DNA from: an uncultured Verrucomicrobiota bacterium | GTDB taxonomy: Bacteria > Verrucomicrobiota > Verrucomicrobiia > Limisphaerales > DTLC01 | Length of the DNA stretch: 64,000 bases | NCBI GenBank assembly: GCA_964555645.1 | Contig: CAZKTA010000001.1 | Coordinates: 72,557-136,556, forward strand | Direction: 5' to 3' | Part shown: positions 10,470-20,279 of the stretch, piece after piece | How the letters are laid out: every line of letters starts with the position of its first letter | Position numbering within the stretch: position 1 is the first letter of the stretch | Notes under the pieces: generated by a model | What the model was told of the DNA's origin: nothing | Seen by the model: only the letters and a program-made list of their open reading frames with translations | The model's database searches: none | Position numbers and translations under genes: made by a program

Positions 10470-11252
10470 CTACAATTTGAAGTTCCACGAGTCAACGGAG
10501 TATTTCTCGGCAACGAGGGCACGGATGCGTTCAATGGGAATATTTCTCAACGTGTTGATTGTTCCCCAAGCAGTTCGCAGCGCAGTTTTGACTGCCTCGG
10601 CCGAAAGACCAAGGTTCGTCATGAACTCGCTGTGCGCGCGGCTTTGGCGGTAGTCCGGCTGACGCGACGGCAGCGGGAGCAGTACGTCAACCAAACCGAT
10701 ATCGAAGTTCAGCAGGAATGTACCGTGGAACAGCAGAGCCCGCCTGCGCCTGCGTTGTGAGTTGCCTGAAAATTTCCTGTTGCCTATTGCGAGGTCCGTG
10801 GTGCCGCATAGGTTGGGGAGCCCGGGCAGGGTTGCCTCGCGCAACAACGCAGCGATTGCACCGCAATTGCGCTCCATGACAAACCGATTCGTTGATGTGA
10901 CGTTTTCCAAGATTTCATTTTGGATTTGCAGGATTAGTGTGTAGTTGAGGCAGCCAGGGCCGATCAGCACTGCACCGCCCCCGGTGCATCTGCGGTAAAC
11001 CGGGATACCACGCGCTTTACAAGCAGCAAGGTTGACCTCGCGCGCGACCTGATTTGCGTATCCGACCACGACAAAGTAGTTGTGTGCTTCCCAAAACCTG
11101 AGCACTTCACCGGTCTCACCCGACTCAGCAGACTCGAGCAACGCTTCGTCGCATGCCAGGTTTTCGGGCGGCGTCGGAAAACTTAAATCGAGGTATTCCA
11201 TGTGCACTGCACACGCAGCTTGTACAACCGAGTCAGATGCCGGCAAGCTCAA
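10470..11252 (-). CDS. Lipoate/biotin protein ligase family (BPL_LplA_LipB domain) protein
   Basis: Contains the block YFVVVGYANQVAREVNLAACKARGIPVYRRCTGGGAVLIGPGCLNYTLIL, typical of LplA-type ligases. Substrate specificity cannot be resolved from this. Confidence 0.7.
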   Translation of the reverse strand: MSLPASDSVVQAACAVHMEYLDLSFPTPPENLACDEALLESAESGETGEVLRFWEAHNYFVVVGYANQVAREVNLAACKARGIPVYRRCTGGGAVLIGPGCLNYTLILQIQNEILENVTSTNRFVMERNCGAIAALLREATLPGLPNLCGTTDLAIGNRKFSGNSQRRRRRALLFHGTFLLNFDIGLVDVLLPLPSRQPDYRQSRAHSEFMTNLGLSAEAVKTALRTAWGTINTLRNIPIERIRALVAEKYSVDSWNFKL

Positions 11253-11521
11253 TTGGAACTCTAGCTAAATCCTAAGCGGCCTTACCACAACGGTAAATTG
11301 ATGATGTTAGTTTGCCGCATACACTGAGGCTGTGCGCAAGCCGGCACGCCGGAGCACTGAGTGTCGCAGTGTTTGTTTGCAGGCAGGCGTTCACGCAGCC
11401 GGCAGAAGGCAGTTTTTTCAGCCGCCGACAAACCGTACACACCGTGATGTTTGTGTGGTCGGTTTTCAAAGCAGCGTGCGGTATTTACTTTTTTGGTGGG
11501 TTAGGCTAAATAAATGCGGGT

Positions 11522-11608
11522 GCCGATGTGGCGGAACTGGCAGACGCGCTAGACTCAAAATCTGGTGCCCGAAAGGGCGTGTGGGTTCAAATCCCTCCAT
11601 CGGCACCA
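11522..11608 (+). tRNA. tRNA-Leu (anticodon CAA), CCA encoded
   Basis: Hand-folded cloverleaf. The acceptor is GCCGATG/CATCGGC, the anticodon stem CTAGA/TCTGG and the loop CTCAAAA. It has a long variable arm, the T-loop GGTTCAAATCC and a 3' ACCA. Confidence 0.9.
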
Positions 11609-11651
11609 TGCTTGCCGAACTTGTACCAGGCACGCTAAAGTGCTGTTGTCT

Positions 11652-12704
<1,053 letters not shown>

Positions 12705-12720
12705 CAGCCGAGGTTAGCAT

Positions 12721-12759
12721 AGCGCAGGAGCAGCGGTGTTGCTGATGTTGCGCTTTTTT
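12721..12759 (+). terminator. Intrinsic terminator after the DUF1080 gene
   Basis: Two-tier hairpin AGCGCA-GGAG-CAGC-GGTGTT-GCTG-ATGT-TGCGCT followed by TTTTTT, 17 nt after the stop codon. Confidence 0.6.
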
Positions 12760-12765
12760 CGCCTG

Positions 12766-13752
12766 TTACTGAAGCAAGCCTGCGCGCAGCGCAGCCAGTC
12801 GTGCTGCACCCAATAGTGCGGTTTTATCGTTCATAATCACCTTGACCGGAATGGCGGCCAAAAGCGCAGTTAACCTGCCACCGAAAGTGAACGCTTTCAT
12901 GAACGTGCCGTCTCGGAGTTTATTGATGATCTTCGGTGCAATACCGCCACCTACGTATAAGCCTCCAGTAGCAAGTGTCTTAAGCGCAAGATTGCTCGCT
13001 TCTGCTCCGTAGTAAGTCACGAATAAATCGAGTGCTTTGACGCATATGTCTGCCCTGCCATCAAGGCCGGCTTGCGAGATGACCGCAGGCGGATCGCCTT
13101 TAGCAAGCTCGGTTCTAAGCCAGGGCGGCTCGGCTGCGTAGTTCGTGTCGCGAAGGAATTTGTAGATGTTGAACAGGCCCGGCCCGGACAAGACGCGTTC
13201 CCAACTGACACGACCGAACATCGAGCGCAGGTATCTTAGCAGTTCGATGTCGAGGTCTGTGCGCGGCGCAAATTCAGCGTGCCCGCCTTCGCATGCCCAC
13301 GGCAAATGGCGTTGGCCGTCCCAGAACAACCCGGCCTCGCCCAGACCTGTGCCGGCGGCTATTACAGATGCATTACCTGTTGAATCTTGTTCGCCATGGT
13401 TGAGCACGACCAAATCGCACGGTTCAAGCGCAGCAATACCGTATGCAGTTGCCTCCAAGTCATTCAACAGCCAAACGGTGGTGGCTAGTACCCTGCCGAG
13501 TGCCGCGCTGTCAACTGCCCAGGCAACATTCGTGAGCTGCGCGCGGCCATGTTTGACAGGACCAGCTACACCAAACGCAGCTTGCTTCACAGGCAGCTTG
13601 TGCGCTGAGACAAACTCGTGAGTGATCTGTTCCAAGCTCGGGTATTGTTGGCTCGGAAACGTACTGGTTGGTCCTTGCACAAGTCTGCCGCCTGAGACAT
13701 CAAAAAAAGCAAGGTTAACTTTCGTACCGCCTATGTCGCCTGCCAGAATCAT
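12766..13752 (-). CDS. glk: Glucokinase
   Basis: ORF 12766..13857. The conserved start is MILAGDIGGTKVNLAFFD (ATG 13752, checked in sequence), and the glk-family body includes GAGTGLG. Confidence 0.85.
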   Translation of the reverse strand: MILAGDIGGTKVNLAFFDVSGGRLVQGPTSTFPSQQYPSLEQITHEFVSAHKLPVKQAAFGVAGPVKHGRAQLTNVAWAVDSAALGRVLATTVWLLNDLEATAYGIAALEPCDLVVLNHGEQDSTGNASVIAAGTGLGEAGLFWDGQRHLPWACEGGHAEFAPRTDLDIELLRYLRSMFGRVSWERVLSGPGLFNIYKFLRDTNYAAEPPWLRTELAKGDPPAVISQAGLDGRADICVKALDLFVTYYGAEASNLALKTLATGGLYVGGGIAPKIINKLRDGTFMKAFTFGGRLTALLAAIPVKVIMNDKTALLGAARLAALRAGLLQ

Positions 13753-14070
13753 AAACAATGCGCCTCCGCCAAATTTTGTATGCCGCGCCAAAGAATCGCA
13801 AAAACTTTTAGCTGCGCAAGTTGTGTTTGAAGTGGCGGCCGCAGGCCCTTTCGGCAACTCGGCCGATTTGCGTCGTCCAGCAGGTGTAGTGGTGGGCGAG
13901 TCCGGCGAATGCGAGCTGCGAGCCAGTTTGCAGTGCGGGCTTTAGCCTGTTGGCGGTGGCGCAGACTTCAGCGTGCGGCTTTTTCAACCCCGCATATGGC
14001 AAGACTATATACACTCAGACACCCCGGCTGCGAGCGCAGGTTTGCAAATTTGCTGGTGGACCATGCTGAG

Positions 14071-14772
14071 CTACGTTGCCAATTGATTCAATCGTTTTGT
14101 GATTCGTTCCCAGTGTGTGCCGTGCCAGAATAGTTTGTTACAGCTTTTGCAGACGAAAAATTCGTTTTTCCAACGCCATGTCTTGGGCGGTATGCGGTCC
14201 TGCATGGCATATTTGTCAACCTGCTGAAGTTCACCGCCGCAGCTCATGCATCGGGCGTGCTTTAGTGTCAGCCCGAGCTCTCGAAAAACTAGTGCAAGTT
14301 GCGCCTCAGCACTCATTGCCGGTGGTATCCAGAGACACTTGATAATACCGCGCCGGATGAGCCTGCGCTCGAGCAACATGCTGTCGGTAGTTAACAAAAT
14401 TGCATTTGACTGGTGCGTCTGCGCAAGCAGACGGTCGTCTGGAACGGCAGGTTCCCAATACGCTTCGTATCCAGCTGCACGGAGCCAACGTGCCAATCCG
14501 CCTAGCCCACAATCGCACACAAACCGCTGCGGCGCATCTTGAGTTGTGCACGACGGTGTGGAATCGTGCCTCTGGCGTGCTTTGTACTTTTGGACAATTG
14601 CGTGCAAACGCTCGTGCACGGTGGCCAGCGCAACATGCTTCGGCATGCCTGCCAAGCGCAGTTGTTCGGCGCGGTCAAGTAACAATTGCACGCCTTGGTT
14701 GGCACGCCGCGCGTTCAACTGGGCTAGCAGCGCGCCATAACGCGTGCGGTATCCAACAAGCATCCGGCTCAT
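14071..14772 (-). CDS. Mut7-C (DUF82) PIN-like RNase domain protein with a C-terminal zinc ribbon
   Basis: Contains FVCDCGLGGLARWLRAAGYEAYW, LLTTDSMLLERR, CMSCGGEL and FFVCKSCNKLFWHGTHWERI. The N-terminal ~75 aa are helical and I do not recognise them. Confidence 0.7.
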   Translation of the reverse strand: MSRMLVGYRTRYGALLAQLNARRANQGVQLLLDRAEQLRLAGMPKHVALATVHERLHAIVQKYKARQRHDSTPSCTTQDAPQRFVCDCGLGGLARWLRAAGYEAYWEPAVPDDRLLAQTHQSNAILLTTDSMLLERRLIRRGIIKCLWIPPAMSAEAQLALVFRELGLTLKHARCMSCGGELQQVDKYAMQDRIPPKTWRWKNEFFVCKSCNKLFWHGTHWERITKRLNQLAT

Positions 14773-15089
14773 GTTTGAGGTTGATGATCACGTCCCGACG
14801 TCAATTTTGCAAAATGGTTTTTGTCCCTGTACCCACCAGGGTTTTGTGCTGACGCTACCAAATGACTCGACAAGAGACGGTCAAATGTCCATGTTTGTGG
14901 GCGGGTTGACCGGGCGACATGAGTTTTTCGGGCCCGTCCGGTGAAGTGGACAGAGGCAAAAACAACAGCCGGCGAAGGCGCAATGATTCGGTCCGGAGCT
15001 GGTAGGGTGTGCAACACTTGGCGTTAAGTATTACGTGCGCGCCTAAGTTGCCGAAAGTCAAACGCATTTTTTGACGGATTTTTTGAGTG

Positions 15090-17180
15090 ATGAAAACGTA
15101 TCAAACAACCGAGATTCGGAACTTTGCGATAGTTGGTCATGCATCGAGCGGTAAGACGATGCTCAGCGAAGCGATGTTGGCCTGTGCAGGTGTGGTCAAC
15201 CGGATGGGCAGCATCGCTAATGGCACAACTGTATCTGACTATCACGAAAACGAACGGGAGCGAAAAATTTCGATTCAACTAACCCTGATGCACCTGGACT
15301 GGGGCGGCAAAAAGTTCAACATAATGGATTGTCCGGGTTACCTTGATTTTGTTGGGGAAGCACTTAGCGGGCTGCGCGCGGCCGATTGCGCGGTGATTGT
15401 TGTTGATGCAAAAGATGGTGTGAGTGTGGGGACACATCAGGTTTGGGAGTATGCAAACCAGTTTGGCCTGACAAAAATTTTCGTAATCAACGGCCTTGAC
15501 AAGGAAGCAGTTGATTTCGACCGAACACTTGCGCAGGTGCGGCAATGCTTTGGCGAGCGCGCGTTTCCTCTGACATTGCCGGTTAATCCAGGTCCAGGTT
15601 TCGACCAGGTGCTGGACATTTTACGCAGCAATGTATCCAAGTTTGCTCCTGACAAAACCGGCAAGGCAGATGAGACACCAGCCGGCGGTGAGCTAGCGGA
15701 GCGTGTCAAAACCCTGCATCAACAGCTCATCGAATACATTGCAGAGTCAGACGATGCACTGCTGGAAAAGTTTTTTGAGAAGGGCACGTTGACCGAGGAC
15801 GAACTACGCGGTGGTTTACACCGTGCGTTGTTGCAGCAGACGTTCATTCCTGTGTTTGCGGTTTGTGCAGAAAAGAACGTCGGCGTGGCGCGGTTGATGG
15901 ATTTCATCGGTAAATACGGTATCTCGCCTGCAGACCGGCCCAAGACAAAGGCGCTTGATGCAAATGGCAACGACGTAGAGCTTGACCTCAACAGTACTGA
16001 GCCGGTGCTATTTGTTTTCAAGACGATGAGCGAACCTAAATTTGGCGAGCTATCGTTCTTCCGTGTGTACTCGGGCAGACTCGATCTGGGGGCTGAACTT
16101 TACAACACCGACACGCGCGTGTCTGAGAAGATCAGCCAGATTTACGTTTTAAACGGCCAGAACCGTGTGCTGGTAGATCACCTTGTAGCCGGCGACATCG
16201 GCGCCACAGTTAAGCTCAAAGCTACGCACACGGGCAACACGTTGTGTAGTCCGAAGCTGAACCTTACGTTGCCCAAGGTTAAGTATCCAAAGCCAAACAT
16301 ACATGCTGCGCTGGAGCTGAAGGTCAAGGGCGAGGAAGACAAACTTTCGCAGGGCTTGGCTGCGTTGCATCAGGTTGACCCTACATTTGTGTTTACGGTT
16401 GACGCAGAGCTGCGCCAGACGATCATCTCGGCTCAGGGGGAAATGCACCTGATGATCATCACCGACGAGCTCAAACGCAGGTACAAGGTTGACCTTGAGC
16501 TTGTGCCGCCCAAGATCCGGTTTCGCGAAACTGTCAAGGCTCGCGCAGAAGCCAAGTATCGCCACAAAAAACAGACCGGTGGGGCAGGCCAGTTCGCCGA
16601 GGTATGGATACGCATCGAGCCAAAACCGCGCGATACGGGCCTGGAGTTCACCGAATCACTTGTCGGACAGAACGTTGACCGTGTATTTGTTCCGTCGGTC
16701 GAGAAAGGGGTAAACCGAGCTGCTGCAGAGGGGATCCTGGCTGGGTACAGAGTTACCGACGTGAAGGTTGACTTCTACGACGGCAAGATGCACCCGGTTG
16801 ACTCGAACGACATCTCGTTCCAGATCGCGGGTTACTACGCTTTCAAAGAGGCGTTCATGAACGCAAGACCGTGTCTGCTGGAGCCGATTCAAACGCTCGA
16901 GATCAAGGTACCGGACGAGTTTGTCGGGGCTGTGATGGGTGATTTGTCTGGTCGCCGTGGCAAAATTCTCGGCATAGACAGCGTCGGCGGCATGCAGATT
17001 ATCAAAGCGCAAGTGCCGGCTGCTGAGCTTTACCGGTACGCAACCACATTGCGGTCGCTCACAGGCGGACGCGGTGTGCATTCCGAGGAGTTTAGTCATT
17101 ACGAGGAAATGCCCTCGCACCTGCAACAAAAGGTCATCGAAGAAAGCAAGAAAGCCCGCGAACAACGACAGGAAAAATAG
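15090..17180 (+). CDS. Elongation factor G-like paralog with divergent GTPase motifs
   Basis: Full five-domain EF-G length (about 696 aa). The P-loop is GHASSGKT, G3 reads DCPGYLDF and G4 reads NGLD. Later domains resemble EF-G (GEMHLMI, KQTGGAGQFA). The ATG is at 15090, and a GTG at 15087 is also possible. Confidence 0.85.
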   Translation: MKTYQTTEIRNFAIVGHASSGKTMLSEAMLACAGVVNRMGSIANGTTVSDYHENERERKISIQLTLMHLDWGGKKFNIMDCPGYLDFVGEALSGLRAADCAVIVVDAKDGVSVGTHQVWEYANQFGLTKIFVINGLDKEAVDFDRTLAQVRQCFGERAFPLTLPVNPGPGFDQVLDILRSNVSKFAPDKTGKADETPAGGELAERVKTLHQQLIEYIAESDDALLEKFFEKGTLTEDELRGGLHRALLQQTFIPVFAVCAEKNVGVARLMDFIGKYGISPADRPKTKALDANGNDVELDLNSTEPVLFVFKTMSEPKFGELSFFRVYSGRLDLGAELYNTDTRVSEKISQIYVLNGQNRVLVDHLVAGDIGATVKLKATHTGNTLCSPKLNLTLPKVKYPKPNIHAALELKVKGEEDKLSQGLAALHQVDPTFVFTVDAELRQTIISAQGEMHLMIITDELKRRYKVDLELVPPKIRFRETVKARAEAKYRHKKQTGGAGQFAEVWIRIEPKPRDTGLEFTESLVGQNVDRVFVPSVEKGVNRAAAEGILAGYRVTDVKVDFYDGKMHPVDSNDISFQIAGYYAFKEAFMNARPCLLEPIQTLEIKVPDEFVGAVMGDLSGRRGKILGIDSVGGMQIIKAQVPAAELYRYATTLRSLTGGRGVHSEEFSHYEEMPSHLQQKVIEESKKAREQRQEK

Positions 17181-17230
17181 GCTTTCGTAAACTGGTCTAA
17201 TGGCGAGACTCGCATTTCGTTGCGACTGTT

Positions 17231-18253
17231 CTAGAGTGCCATTGACGGGGCGATTTCGGCGTCGAGATTTGTCGGTTGAGCGTCATGCAGCAGTTTTAGC
17301 TCTGCCAACACGCCAACCATTGCGGCGTTGTCAGTGCAGAAAGCTTTTTCTGCAAGTCTGAGTGTGATCCCTTCGCTTGCGGCTGCAGTAGCGAGGCTGC
17401 TGCGTAACGTGCTGTTGCAAAGTACGCCGCCAGAAGCGGTTATGCATTTTACACCTAGCCGATTTGCTGCGCGGGTAGTTTTTGTGACGAGCACCTCGAC
17501 AATTGCAGCCTGCACACTTGCGCACAGGTCGCGCACCAGTTGTTCGGTGTTTAAAACCTCGGGATGATCGCGCAAGAAATATCTGACTGAAGTTTTGAGC
17601 CCGGAGAAACTAAAATCGTCCGATGGATCGCTTAGCATTGGGCGTGGGAACTCAAACGCGGCAGGACTACCGGTTTGAGCCAGGCGGTCTATCTCTGGGC
17701 CGGCAGGGTACGGCAACCCGATTAGTTTGCCGACCTTGTCAAAGCATTCACCTGCGGCGTCATCGAGGGTTGAGCCGAGCAACTTGTGTTCGAGTATGGC
17801 TTGCACGTGCACCAGCATTGTGTGTCCGCCGCTGGCTATGAGCGCCACGTTCGGTTGAAACGACTCAAAGTCCACTCGCGGCGGTTGACCGGTTAACCAG
17901 GGTGAATACAGGTGCGCCTCGTGATGGTGAATACCGATGAACGGTTTACCCAGCGCAAACGCAATTGCTTGTGCGGCCTTTAACCCCACCAAAAGAGCAG
18001 TTGGTAAACCCGGACCTTGCGTGGCTGCAACGGCATCAACTTCTGCAGGTTCGAGGTTCGCGCTTTTAAGGGCTGCATTTGCAACCGGCAGTAGGTTTCG
18101 CAAATGTTCGCGTGCGGCCAGCTCGGGGACAACACCGCCATAGTCAGCGTGCAATTTAACCTGCGACGACACGATGTTTGACAGGATTTGGCCGTTGCGT
18201 ACAACGGCGACGCTCGTTTCGTCACAAGAGGTTTCAATAGCAAGGATAGTCAT
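17231..18253 (-). CDS. tsaD: tRNA N6-adenosine threonylcarbamoyltransferase
   Basis: N-terminus MTILAIETSCDETSVAVV, plus GIHHHEAHL and a Kae1/Gcp-family body. Confidence 0.9.
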   Translation of the reverse strand: MTILAIETSCDETSVAVVRNGQILSNIVSSQVKLHADYGGVVPELAAREHLRNLLPVANAALKSANLEPAEVDAVAATQGPGLPTALLVGLKAAQAIAFALGKPFIGIHHHEAHLYSPWLTGQPPRVDFESFQPNVALIASGGHTMLVHVQAILEHKLLGSTLDDAAGECFDKVGKLIGLPYPAGPEIDRLAQTGSPAAFEFPRPMLSDPSDDFSFSGLKTSVRYFLRDHPEVLNTEQLVRDLCASVQAAIVEVLVTKTTRAANRLGVKCITASGGVLCNSTLRSSLATAAASEGITLRLAEKAFCTDNAAMVGVLAELKLLHDAQPTNLDAEIAPSMAL

Positions 18254-18387
18254 CCGAGGGCGTGTAGCGCGTTATGGCGCTGAGCCGTTGAATTGTTGAA
18301 TCGGCAAAGCGAGTTTTGGTCTAAACATGAAGGCAGTACGATGCCAGTTTTCGGTTTTAGAATGTGACGGGTCGACGGTTCAACGGT

Positions 18388-19755
18388 TCAGTTAACGATA
18401 GCCTGTGCACCTTTGGGCGGGGCCATATCTGCGTGTTCGGTTTGTCTGTTTAGTTTTTGTTGGCGCTGTGTGTACAGCAAGATGCCTTTGAGCAGGTCAA
18501 TTGCACGGTCGAGTTGCAAATCGCGCGTGGCCACGACACGCGCGCGCTCTTTTTCGTCAAGTGTCTCGATGCCGCCGGGGGTGCGTTTCAACATGATATT
18601 GCGCTCGTCGTCCTCGCTCATAGGGACGATGATATCCGGGGTAATACCTTGTGCATGGATAGCCTTATGACTTGGGGTATAGTAGATTGCCGTGGTCAAT
18701 TTCAACGCCGAACCATCCGGCAACGGCAGGATGCTTTGGACGGAGCCTTTGCCAAAAGTTTTCTCACCCAGCACAATTGCGCGTTTGAGGTCTTGGAGAC
18801 AGCCGGCTACGATCTCAGACGCACTTGCACTGCCCAGGTTCACAAGCACGACCATTGGCATAGGTGTACCATCTTTGTAAGTTAGGATGTCGCCGCTGCC
18901 ACGCGCTTTACGTACGGTGGTTTGTTCTGGCGCACGGCCTTTGGTACTGACGACCGGTTTACCGCGGGCCAGGAATTTCGAGCACACGTCAACGGCTTGA
19001 TCAAGTAGTCCGCCGGGGTTCCATCGCAAATCGAGTATTAGTGCCTGCATGCCCTGCGCCTTGAGTTTTTTAATGGCTGACTCAAGCTCGGCGCCGGTGC
19101 GTTCGCCGAACTGAACGATTCGAATGTAGCCAATTTTATCTTGGCCGAGCGGAAACTCGCGTTTGCCGTTAATGTCTTTGACAAGGTCAATGTTGATCAC
19201 AGCGCGGGTCAAGCGCAGTTCCTTGACCATGCCGGTTGACGGACGCTGGATTTTAATTGTGACATCTGTGCCCGGCTGGCCGCGCAGGTTGCGCACAGCT
19301 TCCTGGAGCGACATTTTTTCGGTGCTTTTGCCGTCGATCTCCAAAATTCGGTCCCCAGCCAGGATCCCAGCTCGAAAGCCAGGGGTATCTTCCATTGGTG
19401 CAACCACCGTCAGGAAATTTTCACGTATCGAGACCACTATGCCAAGCCCGCCGAAACTACCCTGGGTATCTTCCTGCAAATCTTTGTATTCGGCAACTTC
19501 GAGGAATTCGCTGTGCGGATCAAGTGCCTGAACCATGCCTTTGAGCGCTTTACGGACCAGCTCGTCGTAAGTAAGCTTCTCACCGTCAACGTGGTCCCTG
19601 CGGACTTTTTCGAGCACAACAGCAAACATCTCAAGACTTGGATAAGCCGATTCCTTTTCAGCGCGCTCGGCTGCAGCCAGGTAAATCCGCGCCCCGACAG
19701 CCAGGTTCACACATAAGGCAATCGCTACAAGGCCGAATATAAATCGTCGTTTCAT
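18388..19755 (-). CDS. ctpA: Carboxy-terminal processing protease (S41)
   Basis: N-terminal membrane anchor, a PDZ-like block (GDRILEIDG), and S41 blocks ILDLRWNPGG and VLVNLGSASASEI. Confidence 0.85.
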   Translation of the reverse strand: MKRRFIFGLVAIALCVNLAVGARIYLAAAERAEKESAYPSLEMFAVVLEKVRRDHVDGEKLTYDELVRKALKGMVQALDPHSEFLEVAEYKDLQEDTQGSFGGLGIVVSIRENFLTVVAPMEDTPGFRAGILAGDRILEIDGKSTEKMSLQEAVRNLRGQPGTDVTIKIQRPSTGMVKELRLTRAVINIDLVKDINGKREFPLGQDKIGYIRIVQFGERTGAELESAIKKLKAQGMQALILDLRWNPGGLLDQAVDVCSKFLARGKPVVSTKGRAPEQTTVRKARGSGDILTYKDGTPMPMVVLVNLGSASASEIVAGCLQDLKRAIVLGEKTFGKGSVQSILPLPDGSALKLTTAIYYTPSHKAIHAQGITPDIIVPMSEDDERNIMLKRTPGGIETLDEKERARVVATRDLQLDRAIDLLKGILLYTQRQQKLNRQTEHADMAPPKGAQAIVN

Positions 19756-19916
19756 ACTGCGTTGTGCGTTTGAACAGCTTCAAAGTAGGTCGGCAGGACC
19801 AGCTTTGCAAGGCCTGCATTTGCCGTATGTTGACCGAAGCAGGTTTTTGCGGAGTGCATCTAACAGCTTGCCAAAAACCGGCCAAGGTTTAGATTCGGTG
19901 TCTGTTTTTCGTGAGC

Positions 19917-20270
19917 ATGTTAAAACAGTTCAGCTTTGCGAGCGTGTTTTTTGGTTTAGGACCGGCACCTACAGGTGACCAAGGTGCAGGTGCGCCATGG
20001 TACCTGCAGCTTGTGCCGTTTGTCTTAATGATGATCGTGCTTTACGTGATGCTGCTGCGGCCGCAGCAAATAAAGGCCAAACAGCACGCAAAGCTGCTTA
20101 AGTCGCTCAGGCCAAAAGACAAAGTTATTACATCCAGTGGCATAATAGGCGAAATTATCACTGTCAAAGAACGCACCGTGACCGTGCGCTCCGGCGACAC
20201 AAAGCTCGAGATGCTTAAATCTGCTGTTGTCGAGATCACCGAACGCAGCAGCGAACAAAACGCACCTTAA
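19917..20270 (+). CDS. yajC: Preprotein translocase subunit YajC
   Basis: Contains LVPFVLMMIVLYVMLLRPQQIKAKQHAKLLKSLRPKDKVITSSGIIGEI. It lies immediately upstream of secDF. An alternative GTG start is at 19911. Confidence 0.8.
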   Translation: MLKQFSFASVFFGLGPAPTGDQGAGAPWYLQLVPFVLMMIVLYVMLLRPQQIKAKQHAKLLKSLRPKDKVITSSGIIGEIITVKERTVTVRSGDTKLEMLKSAVVEITERSSEQNAP

Positions 20271-20279
20271 CTTCACGCG

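Noticed and set aside
15057-15086. A hairpin GTCAAA-CGCATT-TTTGAC followed by GGATTTTTT, just upstream of the EF-G-like start codon, considered as an attenuator.
   Set aside because: The stem has only 6 bp with 2 G-C pairs, which is too weak to call a terminator without experimental support.
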